The position numbers and the translations under genes were made by a program. From the NCBI RefSeq assembly GCF_006345805.1, contig NC_042997.1:105028001-105092000 (forward strand): a DNA stretch of 64,000 nt. Reading direction: 5' to 3'. The notes under the pieces were generated by a model. It was given only the letters and a program-made list of their open reading frames with translations, was not told where the DNA came from and searched no databases. Shown here in pieces: positions 14,831-28,560 of the stretch. Source of the stretch: Octopus sinensis (taxonomy: Eukaryota). The stretch's first letter is position 1. Each line of letters opens with the position of its first letter.

Positions 14831-16196
14831 AAACGAGCTGAGTAATAGTAACCATTATATTTAATGACTAGTATTGGTCAAGACAGTAAAGGTATACAGT
14901 TCTGTAATCTAAATTAATAAACAATTGAATAGGTGCCTGTATAAGATGTTTGCTCTTTGGCGTGTGCGATGATTATTTTGGACATATTTGGACTTCCTCG
15001 GTGAAGCATATTTCTACAAGTAAAAGACAGACAATAGACAAGTGTGAGATATTAGGACTTTTAAAATTATGAGATTTGGTTGACAAGATAACTTAAAAGA
15101 ATAATTAAAGGAAATATCAACCTCCGATGCCTACAGCGTGAAAAACAAGCAATTTGGTGGTTTAATGCAGATAGCATCCATAGATTATTTCCTCCCAGAC
15201 ATTTCAAATATTTGTCACGCCCTTTAATGCTCGTTCATTCAAGATATTCATATTACTCTCATATATTATCAGGACTGTATTAATACGACTATGCCTAGCT
15301 GATGAGTATAATTAGACCGAAACATTGCTAGAATTCGCGCTGTATTTGCTAGTTATCAATTATAATTGATAATTATTAGATTTTCTCATCAATCCATGCT
15401 ATATCATAGTTCTCTTTTATTTTTTAATTAATAGAGTTACATCATTTTAAAAGATTTAATACTTAACGATGATAATTTTTTACTCTTTAATATGAAGGCA
15501 ATTTTATGATAATACAATTATTTTGGCACAATATATTATGTTAAATTATACATAAGTTATGTTCACAATCTAATCTCTCTCAGAACCACGATATTCAAGT
15601 AAGCAGATTAATGATTAATGAATGTTTCACAATAAAATCCTATAAATCTGGTGAAATATTGGAGCGTGTAATCTACAGTAATAAAGTGAATAATTTGTAG
15701 CTTGTGTGAAACACACTTAATATCCTTCATAAAAACATATTACGTTGGTTACGATAGCAATTTTTTAAATCCTCAAATTTCAGACGCAGACGTGGTTGTG
15801 AGCTTATGAAGTTTCTTTCGGCAGAAAACCGGCTTGCTCAATATCAAACATTTTCAGTCAATAAACACATTTTAACTGAAAGCATTTGAGTCAGCATATT
15901 TACTAATTACTCTCAGTACATTTGCTACTTACTGTCATAGCATATGTCCATGTAGGGGCAATACATTGAAAGATTTAGTCAATTGGTTTTACGTCGCGTA
16001 ATTATTATGCCCATCCATTTTTACAGCACCTGCGAGATACGCGAGCGTAATCAAACCGACAGAGATTTTCAAGAGGTGACAGAAAAACACAAACACGAAC
16101 AGCCACATGCGCACGCATATATTTATATGTAAAGAAGTATGCGTGGATGTATATTTACATATGTGGACGTATAATATGTATCTATCGCTCTGTCAA

Positions 16197-16568
<372 letters not shown>

Positions 16569-16570
<2 letters not shown>

Positions 16571-18770
16571 ATAGATAACTTTAGGCCCATCACTCTGCTT
16601 AATGCAGACTTGAAAATTTTGGCCAAGGTGCTAGCCAAGAGGTTGGCGCTTGTCATCGAGAAACTGGTCGACAAGGCGCAAACATGCGCCGTGCCAGGCC
16701 GGACCATCCATGACAACCTCCATCTGATGCGCTACATCATAGACAGGGTAGTTAACGAACCTGGCATGGGTGGGGCCCTGATCAACTTGGATCAATCGAA
16801 AGCCTTTGATAGGGTAGACCATCGATACTTGGAGGCAGTCCTGAGAGCGGCTGGTTTCGGTCCCGTCTTCCGCGGCTGGATAGCTGCCTTGTACAGAGGC
16901 ATCCGTTCGGTAATTCGCGTAAATGGACATCTATCGAGACCTTTCGACATTGCACGTTCGGTCCGTCAGGGATGCCCCCTCTCGGCGCTTCTATACGTAT
17001 TGACTCTTGAGCCACTACTGCGGAAGCTGGCGACTCTAAGGGGCATCCCGCGAGAATTGGGATGCGGGACGAGCGTGTCTGCATACGCGGACGACGTCAC
17101 CGTCATAGTGTCTAGCCACGAGCACATCGAGCTGGTCGGCGAGACACTGAAAAACTACGAAGCGGTGACAGGAGCGAAAATCAACCGGGAAAAGTCAGTG
17201 GGCTTGCGACTAGGCACCTGGAGAAGCAAGCCCATGCCGTCCACCAGCGCCTCCGTCGTGGGACGCTGGACCGACGGCCCGGTTGAGTTGCTCGGGGTCT
17301 GGTTTGGTCCGGACCTCCAAGTGGAGAAGAACTGGAACGAGATAACGAGTAGGGTGGTCACTCTCGCCCGGCAATGGGCCGAGAGGAAACTGTCCCTAAA
17401 AGGTCGAGCGGAGGTGGCGAACACGTACATCGCGTCCGTCATCTACTACCGCCTGACCGTCGTACCTTGTCCCGACCCTACCATCACCAAACTACAACGC
17501 ATCCTCTTTCGCTTCTTGTGGAAAGGATGCGTCCCGATGGTCAGGCGATCCATTTGCTGTCAACACCCGTTAAAAGGAGGGCTGGGCATGCCGTGGTTGA
17601 TGATGCGCAGACACGCGCTGAGACTGCGACATCTCTGGCTCTATGTAGACGACGGTGAACAGGTGTGGTCGCCGTTTGTGAGGCACGCTTTCCCGCAGCT
17701 CGTCTCCATGACCGAACTGCAGTCGTGGATCAAAAAGAGGCCGAGGAAGGGCGAATGGCACCGCGAGTGTCGCGTTGCTCTCAAGCAACTCTGCCGTCCT
17801 GGGTCGACCTTAAGTGACTTCAACACAACCAAAGCATTCTATAGGGGTTTAGTGGAGGGGAGGTACGACGACGAGCTCGGGGCGAACCTGGACGTCGACG
17901 AGGAGTACCTGACCCGCCTGTTCGGGACGACTTTCGGGCCAGGGCCCATGGACAACTTCCAGAGATCCCTGGCCTGGCAGTGCTACCGAGAAGCGCTACC
18001 CGTTCGGGATAAGCTCTACAGACACGGCTCGAGAAACACGGGGCCGACCTGCCCGAGATGCGGTCAGAGCGACGAAACCGTTCTGCACGCACTCGTTCAG
18101 TGTCCAACAATTTCCGACCTGTGGGCTTATGTCGAACAACTGCTGTCACGTGTGGGACGAGTCGGTTTATCAGCTGAGTCTATCGTCAATATTGTCACGC
18201 CTCCTTCCTTCAAACGGGAAGGAAGAGCTATTTTCATCATCCTTGTGGCTATGGCGAAAGAATGTATCTGGTGGACGCGTCTGAAAGGATTGGAGACAAA
18301 CACTTTCCTCTCTGGTCAATCTCTCATCAACTTCTTCAAGTACCACTTGAAAAGGAAAGTGAGAGTAGAGAGGCAAGTTTTGTCTAGCGAATGTTTTAAA
18401 AAAAGATGGGTGAATGTAGCAAGAATGGCACGTATGAATGACGAAGCCACCTTGAGCATAGTCCTATGAACCCAGAAATCGAAAACAGAGAGTTGCTTAT
18501 TTGCAAAAAAAAAAAAAAAAAAAAAAAGAAATATAAAATGTGACTTCATTGACCGAGGTTACCGTGGTCTTTTCCGCAGGCTTTTCTTTCCACGGGTAAA
18601 CCTCACCTGTCCTCCCCTTTACACTTCATATTGACATTTCTGTGATAACGATCCCTATTGATCATTTTTTTTCCTCTCCCCCCCCCCCTTTTTTTTTTTT
18701 TTTTTTTTAACCCCCTTATTTTGTCCTCTTTCTCTCCTTTTACGATCCCTTTTGATCGAACCTCCCCCTT

Positions 18771-18801
<31 letters not shown>

Positions 18802-18877
18802 AATACCTTCAAAAGAAAAGCTCTACCTTGTAATTTGTTCTATCTGTGTGCAGCCCTGTGTGGCTAATAAAGAAACA
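16569..18877 (+). mobile_element. Tx1-clade non-LTR retrotransposon, copy 1 (5'-truncated at the start of the RT domain)
   Basis: Colinear with 20502-22805 (offset 3933 in the ORF); 3' UTR ends ctaataaagaaaca directly into (TATC)n. Confidence 0.95.
16610..18469 (+). CDS. Partial Tx1 ORF2: reverse transcriptase plus C-terminal CCHC knuckle, no true start codon
   Basis: LDQSKAFDRVDH, SVRQGCPLS, AYADDV, CPRCGQSDETVLHALVQC; no internal stops. Confidence 0.9.
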   Translation: MKILAKVLAKRLALVIEKLVDKAQTCAVPGRTIHDNLHLMRYIIDRVVNEPGMGGALINLDQSKAFDRVDHRYLEAVLRAAGFGPVFRGWIAALYRGIRSVIRVNGHLSRPFDIARSVRQGCPLSALLYVLTLEPLLRKLATLRGIPRELGCGTSVSAYADDVTVIVSSHEHIELVGETLKNYEAVTGAKINREKSVGLRLGTWRSKPMPSTSASVVGRWTDGPVELLGVWFGPDLQVEKNWNEITSRVVTLARQWAERKLSLKGRAEVANTYIASVIYYRLTVVPCPDPTITKLQRILFRFLWKGCVPMVRRSICCQHPLKGGLGMPWLMMRRHALRLRHLWLYVDDGEQVWSPFVRHAFPQLVSMTELQSWIKKRPRKGEWHRECRVALKQLCRPGSTLSDFNTTKAFYRGLVEGRYDDELGANLDVDEEYLTRLFGTTFGPGPMDNFQRSLAWQCYREALPVRDKLYRHGSRNTGPTCPRCGQSDETVLHALVQCPTISDLWAYVEQLLSRVGRVGLSAESIVNIVTPPSFKREGRAIFIILVAMAKECIWWTRLKGLETNTFLSGQSLINFFKYHLKRKVRVERQVLSSECFKKRWVNVARMARMNDEATLSIVL

Positions 18878-19211
<334 letters not shown>

Positions 19212-22200
19212 GGACAATATTCGTAGACCCGGAGGGTAGACTGGTCGTCCTGGATGTCGACGGCAGCAATGGGTGCGCTTTTCGGCTCGTATCAGTTTAC
19301 GCACCGCCCTTAACAGGTCGGGCGGATTTCTTTCAACGTCTAGAAGTTTTCTTGGGAACGTCTCGTCCTTTACTCTTAGTGGGGGATTGGAATGCTACCT
19401 TGGACACGCATGTAGACTACGTGGGTAGAGATAGGAATAGACGGGGATGCAAATGCCTCAGAGACCTGCTCAGACGCTTTCAACTGTCTGACAGGTTTCG
19501 ACTAGACCACCCGAATGCGCCAACGTGGACATGGAGCAACCGCATCGGGTCGTCGAGATCGTATCTAGATAGGATACTGTGTAGGACAGTAGATAGAGAT
19601 AGCATAGGATGTCCACAATTCCACATAGTCAGCTACACGGATCACAAACTTGTGACATGTACGCTAGACTTAGGTAAGACACTTAGGCAGGGTCCCGGAT
19701 ACTGGAAACTAAACGCGTCTTTCCCATCGAGACAAGTTTTCAGAGACCGGATTAGCACACTAGTAAAGAGGGCTTTGACGGGAGCCATCATCAACAACAA
19801 ATGGTGGTTTGCCCTCAAGAGAGCAGTAAAAGCAGAAGCGATTAGGTACAGCAAAGCACTAGCCATAGATAGAAATAGAGTAGAGGGTGAGCTAGTTAAG
19901 AAGCTAGAAGAGGCAATTAGAAGCGGCATCGCATCCGACGTTTTGGCGGCGAGGTTGGCCCTCGACCAACACTTCAACGCCAAACACGAAGGATGTGCTG
20001 TCAGAGCTAGGATGCGTGCTCTAAGGAACGAAGGTGTTGGAGCCGCGAGAGAGGCCCGGGTGGCAGAGGCGCAACAGGGCAACAAAGCCACCATTCGGTC
20101 ACTGGTAGATGAACAGGGGCGCGAATTGCTCGAGCCAAGTAAAATGTGTGAGGCCTTTCAGCAGCATTTTGCCCGACTGTTCGGAACGAGTGGAGGGCAA
20201 GAACGTAGGGTGGACTTCAGTGCCTACCTACATAGCCTACCACGACTCTCGACAAGAAAGGCAGGGTGCTGCGAAGGTGCCATCACGGCGGCGGAAGTGC
20301 GGGAAGCGATGGCAGAATGCTCGAGGGACAAATCACCGGGTTTGGATGGTCTACCCTACGAGCTTTACAATTGTATGCCAGACTTGTTTGGAGATCTCTT
20401 GGCGGCGGTGTACTGCAACTGGCAGCAAAACGGGAGCATTCCTGGTTTTGTGAGCCGAGGAGCCGTAACACTGCTGAAGAAAGATCTAAACAAGGGAAAT
20501 GTAATAGATAACTTTAGGCCCATCACTCTGCTTAATGCAGACTTGAAAATTTTGGCCAAGGTGCTAGCCAAGAGGTTGGCGCTTGTCATCGAGAAACTGG
20601 TCGACAAGGCGCAAACATGCGCCGTGCCAGGCCGGACCATCCATGACAACCTCCATCTGATGCGCTACATCATAGACAGGGTAGTTAACGAACCTGGCAT
20701 GGGTGGGGCCCTGATCAACTTGGATCAATCAAAAGCCTTTGATAGGGTAGACCATCGATACTTGGAGGCAGTCCTGAGAGCGGCTGGTTTCGGTCCCGTC
20801 TTCCGCGGCTGGATAGCTGCCTTGTACAGAGGCATCCGTTCGGTAATTCGCGTAAATGGACATCTATCGAGACCTTTCGACATTGCACGTTCGGTCCGTC
20901 AGGGATGCCCCCTCTCGGCGCTTCTATACGTATTGACTCTTGAGCCACTACTGCGGAAGCTGGCGACTCTAAGGGGCATCCCGCGAGAATTGGGATGCGG
21001 GACGAGCGTGTCTGCATACGCGGACGACGTCACCGTCATAGTGTCTAGCCACGAGCACATCGAGCTGGTCGGCGAGACACTGAAAAACTACGAAGCGGTG
21101 ACAGGAGCGAAAATCAACCGGGAAAAGTCAGTGGGCTTGCGACTAGGCACCTGGAGAAGCAAGCCCATGCCGTCCACCAGCGCCTCCGTCGTGGGACGCT
21201 GGACCGACGGCCCGGTTGAGTTGCTCGGGGTCTGGTTTGGTCCGGACCTCCAAGTGGAGAAGAACTGGAACGAGATAACGAGTAGGGTGGTCACTCTCGC
21301 CCGGCAATGGGCCGAGAGGAAACTGTCCCTAAAAGGTCGAGCGGAGGTGGCGAACACGTACATCGCGTCCGTCATCTACTACCGCCTGACCGTCGTACCT
21401 TGTCCCGACCCTACCATCACCAAACTACAACGCATCCTCTTTCGCTTCTTGTGGAAAGGATGCGTCCCGATGGTCAGGCGATCCATTTGCTGTCAACACC
21501 CGTTAAAAGGAGGGCTGGGCATGCCGTGGTTGATGATGCGCAGACACGCGCTGAGACTGCGACATCTCTGGCTCTATGTAGACGACGGTGAACAGGTGTG
21601 GTCGCCGTTTGTGAGGCACGCTTTCCCGCAGCTCGTCTCCATGACCGAACTGCAGTCGTGGATCAAAAAGAGGCCGAGGAAGGGCGAATGGCACCGCGAG
21701 TGTCGCGTTGCTCTCAAGCAACTCTGCCGTCCTGGGTCGACCTTAAGTGACTTCAACACAACCAAAGCATTCTATAGGGGTTTAGTGGAGGGGAGGTACG
21801 ACGGCGAGCTCGGGGCGAACCTGGACGTCGACGAGGAGTACCTGACCCGCCTGTTCGGGACGACTTTCGGGCCAGGGCTCATGGACAACTTCCAGAGATC
21901 CCTGGCCTGGCAGTGCTACCGAGAAGCGCTACCCGTTCGGGATAAGCTCTACAGACACGGCTCGAGAAACACGGGGCCGACCTGCCCGAGATGCGGTCAG
22001 AGCGACGAAACCGTTCTGCACGCACTCGTTCAGTGTCCAACAATTTCCGACCTGTGGGCTTATGTCGAACAACTGCTGTCACGTGTGGGACGAGTCGGTT
22101 TATCAGCTGAGTCTATCGTCAATATTGTCACGCCTCCTTCCTTCAAACGGGAAGGAAGAGCTATTTTCATCATCCTTGTGGCTATGGCGAAAGAATGTAT

Positions 22201-22402
22201 CTGGTGGACGCGTCTGAAAGGATTGGAGACAAACACTTTCCTCTCTGGTCAATCTCTCATCAACTTCTTCAAGTACCACTTGAAAAGGAAAGTGAGAGTA
22301 GAGAGGCAAGTTTTGTCTAGCGAATGTTTTAAAAAAAGATGGGTGAATGTAGCAAGAATGGCACGTATGAATGACGAAGCCACCTTGAACATAGTCCTAT
22401 GA
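19212..22402 (+). CDS. Tx1 ORF2 (partial APE endonuclease, RT, CCHC), N-terminus missing
   Basis: RLVSVYAP, LVGDWNA, SRSYLDRIL, YTDHKLV, GYWKLNAS, KSPGLDGLPYELY, YADD; open for about 1060 codons; lacks the N-terminal N and E catalytic motifs of APE. Confidence 0.92.
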
Positions 22403-22610
22403 ACCCAGAAATCGAAAACAGAGAGTTGCTTATTTGCAAAAAAAAAAAAAAAAAAAAAAGAAATATAAAATGTGACTTCATTGACCGAGGTTACCGTGGT
22501 CTTTTCCGCAGGCTTTTCTTTCCACGGGTAAACCTCACCTGTCCTCCCCTTTACACTTCATATTGACATTTCTGTGATAACGATCCCTATTGATCATTTT
22601 TTTTTCCTCT

Positions 22611-22643
<33 letters not shown>

Positions 22644-22805
22644 CCCCCCTTATTTTTGTCCTCTTTCTCTCCTTTTACGATCCCTTTTGATCGAACCTCC
22701 CCCTTCCTTTTTTTTTTTTTTTTTTTTTTAATACCTTCAAAAGAAAAGCTCTACCTTGTAATTTGTTCTATCTGTGTGCAGCCCTGTGTGGCTAATAAAG
22801 AAACA
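19212..22805 (+). mobile_element. Tx1-clade non-LTR retrotransposon, copy 2 (5'-truncated within the APE endonuclease, no ORF1)
   Basis: Starts abruptly after (TATC)n; ends aataaagaaaca into (TATC)n; no terminal poly(A). Confidence 0.95.
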
Positions 22806-22887
22806 TATCTATCTATCTTTCTATCTATCTTTCTATCTATCTATCTATCTTTCTATCTATCTTTCTATCTATCTATCTATCTATCTA

Positions 22888-22920
<33 letters not shown>

Positions 22921-22924
22921 ATCA

Positions 22925-22994
<70 letters not shown>
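22806..22994. repeat. (TATC)n array 3, downstream of Tx1 copy 2
   Basis: Direct reading. Confidence 0.98.
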
Positions 22995-23420
22995 TTGCGT
23001 ACATGTATGTGTTTGGGTGTGTGGATTTCTGAAATGTTTATTTTTGAAAACAAAAAATACTTATTTATAGTGGGGCATTCTGCTGTTAGTAAATTTACTA
23101 AATATGTTAGTATTGATGGAAACATCTAGTTACTTTATACAGATGTGTGTCTACGCGCGAGTATACACCCCTACACAAATACACCCACACTCAAAGCCAT
23201 AAACACGCATATACCTGTAGATATATACATATATGTATATCCATGTGTGTACGTGTGTGTGTGTGTGTGTATACATATGTAATTACATGGATATATGTAT
23301 ATCTACATATACATATACAGCCATATGCATATACGAATGATATTAAAAATATACTGGGGTCGATGTAACCAACTAGGCCCCTTCCTTCAAATTTCGGGGC
23401 TTGTGCCTATAGTAGGAACG

Positions 23421-23603
<183 letters not shown>

Positions 23604-23606
<3 letters not shown>

Positions 23607-24000
23607 TAGTTTTATTTTTATAGCGTGCTTTCACTTCACTGCCAAGCGCAGCTTTGTGTGCCTTAGGTATGTGCTGTGATTTGTTGTGATGCTCTGATGG
23701 TTATTGTATGGAAAGTGTTCTGCGTAGGATGTGTGCAGTGCCTAGTAGTGCAATTTTCTGTATGTTATATGTGTTTGTAAGTCCTGGTGTTTTTGTTATG
23801 TATTTGTGTGAATATTTTTTTATCATGCCTAATGCACCTATGTTACTTTTTATATTATTATCATAATCATTAGGCTCCCCTTTGTTATCTCTAGGTTTTA
23901 GATTTGTGTCGCTTTCTTTCTTATTTATATGTTTGTTTGCCGTGTTTTGGCTTGCTGTTTCTCGTGTATTATCATGCATCCTTACGGTCTGGGTTTGTTG
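23604..24000 (-). mobile_element. R4/Dong-like LINE 3' fragment, family alpha
   Basis: Minus strand ...IGALGMIKKYSHKYITKTPG...IQKIALLGTAHILRRTLSIQ*, the typical R4-clade C-terminus; 3' UTR ends aataaaactactg then (AAT)n. Confidence 0.8.
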
Positions 24001-24004
<4 letters not shown>

Positions 24005-24042
<38 letters not shown>

Positions 24043-24049
24043 GTTGTTG

Positions 24050-24117
<68 letters not shown>
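24005..24117. repeat. (TTA)n array with TTG interruption, between two Dong-like fragments
   Basis: Direct reading. Confidence 0.97.
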
Positions 24118-24775
24118 GCCTTTCCACAGCTTCTAACGATGGAGATGTACTACAGTGTCAGCTTTTCACTACCAGTGAACTAAGGTAAAATATCTTATTT
24201 TCCGAGTACCTTCCGGAGTATTCCAGCGGTTCCAAGCAGTGCTGTTTTCTGCAAGTGCTCACCCTTTTTGCAGCTCCTATTTGTTTCACGTACTTCTCGA
24301 GATTTTTTCTCACTGTTCCCAAGGCTCCGACAATTATTAGTACTACTGCTACTTTTTTCATCGACCACAACTGCTTAACTTCCCAAGCTAACCTATCATA
24401 TCTCTCGATTTTTCTTTCTCCCTTATCGCATACCTTGTTGTCAGCTGGGCATGCTATATCTATAATCCAGCATAGTTTGTTTTCTTTGTCAATTCAGACT
24501 ATGTCCGGCTTCCTATTCTCTATCTCATGGTCGCCCTGAATCATAAAATCCCATAGGATCTTTGTATTTCTATTTTCGACGATGCCTTCAGGTTTGTGGT
24601 CGTACCAATTTTTTGCTGTCAAGTCCATTCTTGTTGCAAAGTGTCCATTGGACAAACCTGGCTATATTGTCGTGGCGTCTGTTATATTCCTTCTGGGCTA
24701 GTGGCGTACATTGGCTGATAATATGCCATACGGTTTCACCGTTTTGTCCACAGATTCTGCGTAAAGAAAAAGACA
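24118..24775 (-). mobile_element. R4/Dong-like LINE 3' fragment, family beta (CCHC plus PD-(D/E)xK REL endonuclease), frameshifted
   Basis: RICGQNGETVWHIISQCTPLAQKEYNRRHDNIA; KILWDFMIQGDHEIENRKPDIV; IDIACP; IIVGALGTV; LLGTAGILRKVL. Confidence 0.85.
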
Positions 24776-24801
24776 CAGCAGAAAGAGATAAGTGCAGAAA
24801 T

Positions 24802-24881
<80 letters not shown>

Positions 24882-25080
24882 TTAAGGCGGTGATCTGGCA
24901 CAATCATTAGTAAGCTGGGCAAAATGCTTAACAGCATTTGACTCTTTACTTCTTGAGTTCGAATTCCGCCTATCGACTTTACCTTTTATTTTCTCGGGGC
25001 TGAGCACTGAGATCGATGTAATCGACTTACCCGTCCCTCAAGATTGCAGCATTTATACCAAAAATACGAAAGCATTATTA
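24882..25080 (+). mobile_element. Family A SINE
   Basis: taaggcggtgatctggcacaatcattag...gagttcgaattccgcc. Confidence 0.7.
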
Positions 25081-25304
25081 TTACAATTGTTAATACTGTT
25101 GCATTGTACATATTATCATAGTTCAATTCAAATAATACTTAGAACTTAAAGGATGCTTACTCTATTGACTCCAGAATGGTAAAAGCACAGTTTGTCTGTC
25201 TCAGAAAGAATTGAACTCAGGAGTTAAAAACTCGGAACAAATGCATTCTGCCCATATTGTCAGCGATTCAAACAATTCGCCCACTTAATAATAATGATGA
25301 TGGT

Positions 25305-25890
25305 TTCAAATTACGGCGCAAGGCCAGCCACTTCGGGAACAGGAGGTAAGTCGAGCTCAACTGGTACTTAATTTATCGGCCCCGGAAAGGTGAAAAGGGA
25401 ATGCTGCAAAGAATTTTGCCCGGATCTTTTCGGTTTGAACGGCAGTTTTTCTAGCGGTGTCATATGAAATTGGCACCCATAATTATGACCCTAGTATCGA
25501 TCTATTGCATTTCAATCTGTTTTAGGGTTAGGGTTAGTGTTAGGGTTAGTTAGGGTTAGTTAGATTTAGGGTAAGGGGTAGGGGAAGGGTATCTTTTTTC
25601 TTCACAAATGTATATAAGCCCAATCTGTTTCTTAAACGAGGGACATATTCATACGGCACAGAATGTTTTTACCTCAATAGACGTCAGTGATTGGTTGAAA
25701 TTGCAGAAATTGAAGAAAAAAACAACAAATATCTTAGAAATCATAGAATTTTCTCAATAAAGCCAAGAGAAAAAGATGTTTTATAAACACATTCTACCAG
25801 TATACGAAGTTTAAAATTTTTTAGTTACCTAGAAATTATGTTAAAAACTGCCGTTCAAACCGAAAAGATCCTTTTGCACGGTGTGCCAGT
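25305..25890 (-). mobile_element. Family A SINE interrupted by a MITE
   Basis: ggtttcaaattacggcgcaaggccag...caactggtacttaatttatc; the sequence resumes after 25871. Confidence 0.65.
25422..25871. mobile_element. MITE with perfect 29-bp TIRs and 8-bp TSD (Merlin-like), containing TTAGGG repeats
   Basis: ggatcttttcggtttgaacggcagttttt (25422-50) and its exact reverse complement (25843-71); flanks ttttgccc and ttttgcac. GG termini with 8-bp TSD fit Merlin; superfamily call is inference. Confidence 0.85.
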
Positions 25891-27149
25891 AATTATATTT
25901 GCTCCTGGTTGATGGATTTTGAAAATTACAGAGGCAGTCATAAAATATGAGGTTTGTAAAGAAATTAAATTTTAAACAGAAATGAGACGAATGCAAATAA
26001 TATTTGATTATGTAGATACAGTACTCTTGATAGAAGAGGACCTCAGTCTAGAATAAACCAAAGAATCGAAGATCACCCTGAATAAGGGCAAGTGCTCTTT
26101 AAAACTGTTCTTCCAACCTGACGATGAATATGACGATGATATTGTTTTCAATGCAAAGTAGTGCTGATATTAATAATAGTGATTATGAAGATGATGATGA
26201 CCCTGACGATCATCATCATCATGTATTTCTAGTTATAATCGAGGGAAAGAGTAATTGTTATATCAGATTCCATCCGTGAAGGAATCCGTAGGGAGAAAGG
26301 AAAAGAAAATTCGACACAACAACATTAAATAAGATTAAAGAACTGCAAAGAAAGAAAAAGAAGGTAGACAAAGAAACGGCAAATGAAAAAAAGTTCTGAA
26401 AAGAAATAAGATAAACATATGTTTTAAATCAAAACATAGAATAGATCTAGAATCTCGTTATTCGATATATTTTTTCCGTTTACCCTTCTATGACTAATTA
26501 AATTACCATTTGAATGTTATACGGAAACATTACGTCAATATCTCTCTTCCATTTCTCTTGTATATTATCTTTCAATTTTTCCTTCTTGTTTTTCTTCTTT
26601 AGCATTTATTCTTTTTGTCTTAAATTTCTTTTTGATTCTTTTCTTGTTATTTAAGTTCTATGACACTGGAATTTCTGTTAAAATATGTCCCTGTCGAATT
26701 AGAATAGAGCTCAATTTTACAGTTTGACATTTTAAAAATATATAAAAAAAATAATCTTTCACTTGATAATAGCCATAGACTAACACATATATTAAAGGGT
26801 ATTCACATTAAATACAAACATTTAAATTTTATTTTCATTTATTTCTACCCCTGAAGGAAATACAAAACACAGCTGAATACGAAACGTGGCATGTATAGTC
26901 AGTCAAAGATATGCTTAGAAATGAAACTCAGTCTCTGAATTAAACGAGATGTTAGCAAGAATCAGCGACAAAAGAAATTTATTATGTCGAAACATTAACC
27001 TGCAATAACATACCACCTACCAATGAAATATGGCAAATCACCATACTTTGGTGGACTTTACGATAAGGGGCTTAAATTTGTTGTCTCAATTACTGTGAAG
27101 AGAAATATATTGGTCAATTACAAAACTGTTCAGAATTACTGCACACTTG

Positions 27150-27262
<113 letters not shown>

Positions 27263-27415
27263 GAGAGAGAGAGAGAGATCAACAAATAGCAACAGATGGA
27301 TTGTGGTTCACTCACTACAGCTGTTTCAGACGTATTTTTAATTGATTTCACTGACCCAACCTTGGTGCTTTTACTATTTAAGGAAGTGACTCACCTGAAT
27401 TCTGAACTCTTGTAT

Positions 27416-27469
<54 letters not shown>

Positions 27470-28239
27470 GCGTGCGTGTGTGTGTGTGCGTGTGTGTGTT
27501 TGTGTCTGTGTATTTGATAAAATAGTTTGACTTTAGCCTCCCTTTCCAGCCTGTGGCATTACTTGTAGTAACAGCCCTTAATGTAATCATGTATTTTAAA
27601 AAATTTTAAACTTCGTATTAAAATTATATACTTCGTATTAATCTTTTTACCAGAATTGGTCTTACACGCTGGCTACTGGATAAAAACTTATATAGATTAT
27701 CCCCATATTTAATCGATATACATGTAGAGGTAGGTACGTACATATATGTATGTATATATGCATATGTTCTATTTATTAATTTATTATATGACGGAACGCA
27801 CGCATCCATTTCTAAGTAAGATTGTTCTTGATATTAATAATGATGCGCACTCTTGACCTTTCTGTCCCCTCCCTTTCTCAGCCTTCATTCTTTCTGGTTT
27901 CCGTTTCTTCTACCTTACTGTCTCTCCCTCTCTCTCATTCTTCATTCTTTCTGGTTTCCTCACAATCATTCCTTTTTTTCTCCCTTTCTCTTGCTTCTGC
28001 TACTGTCTTTCTGGCCTGATGGACGGCATTTTCTGTTGCTCCTTCGCTGTTCTCAAAAATAGCGTTCGTAATACTTTTTCTCGTTCGGCTTAACAGCCCT
28101 TCTTGTCTTGTTATTCTCCTTGTCCTGTCTTTTACTGTTTATATTTTATACTGTCGTTACTGTCCTGCTTTTGTTACCATTTTTACCCCTCCGCATAAAG
28201 ATCTCAAATTTTATTTAATTTGCTTTTCGCGGGAAGGAA

Positions 28240-28560
28240 AGTTTCTATCGAAGATGCGTATCACCTTCACCTTCGAAACGCAGAGTAGATGAAACCATGG
28301 CGACTGAAGAAGGGGAATTTTCCTTGTGTTATTTGTCCTGTACTCTATTTTTTGTTGTTTAAGAAAAATGTCCAGTTCCTTGGTTTTGTGTTTATGTTTT
28401 CATTTCTCATTGTGTTCGAGGATTTTTTGTTTTGGTGTCCTGAACAATATATTCATGTATATATACATGTAGAGGTAGGTACGTACATATATTTATGTAT
28501 ATATGCATACGTTTTATTTATTAATTTATTATATATATGTATATATACATATATATATAT
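28240..28560 (+). mobile_element. Penelope-like terminal repeat remnant
   Basis: accttcgaaacgcagagtagatgaaac...actgaagaagggg; homolog at 53362-53660; its 3' part is repeated at 27720-27790. Confidence 0.5.

Noticed and set aside
18505-18527. Poly(A) run as the LINE tail
   Set aside because: About 350 bp of shared sequence follows in both copies; the true end is at AATAAAGAAACA
25522-25580. Chromosome end or telomere fusion site
   Set aside because: Short, degenerate and enclosed within MITE TIRs
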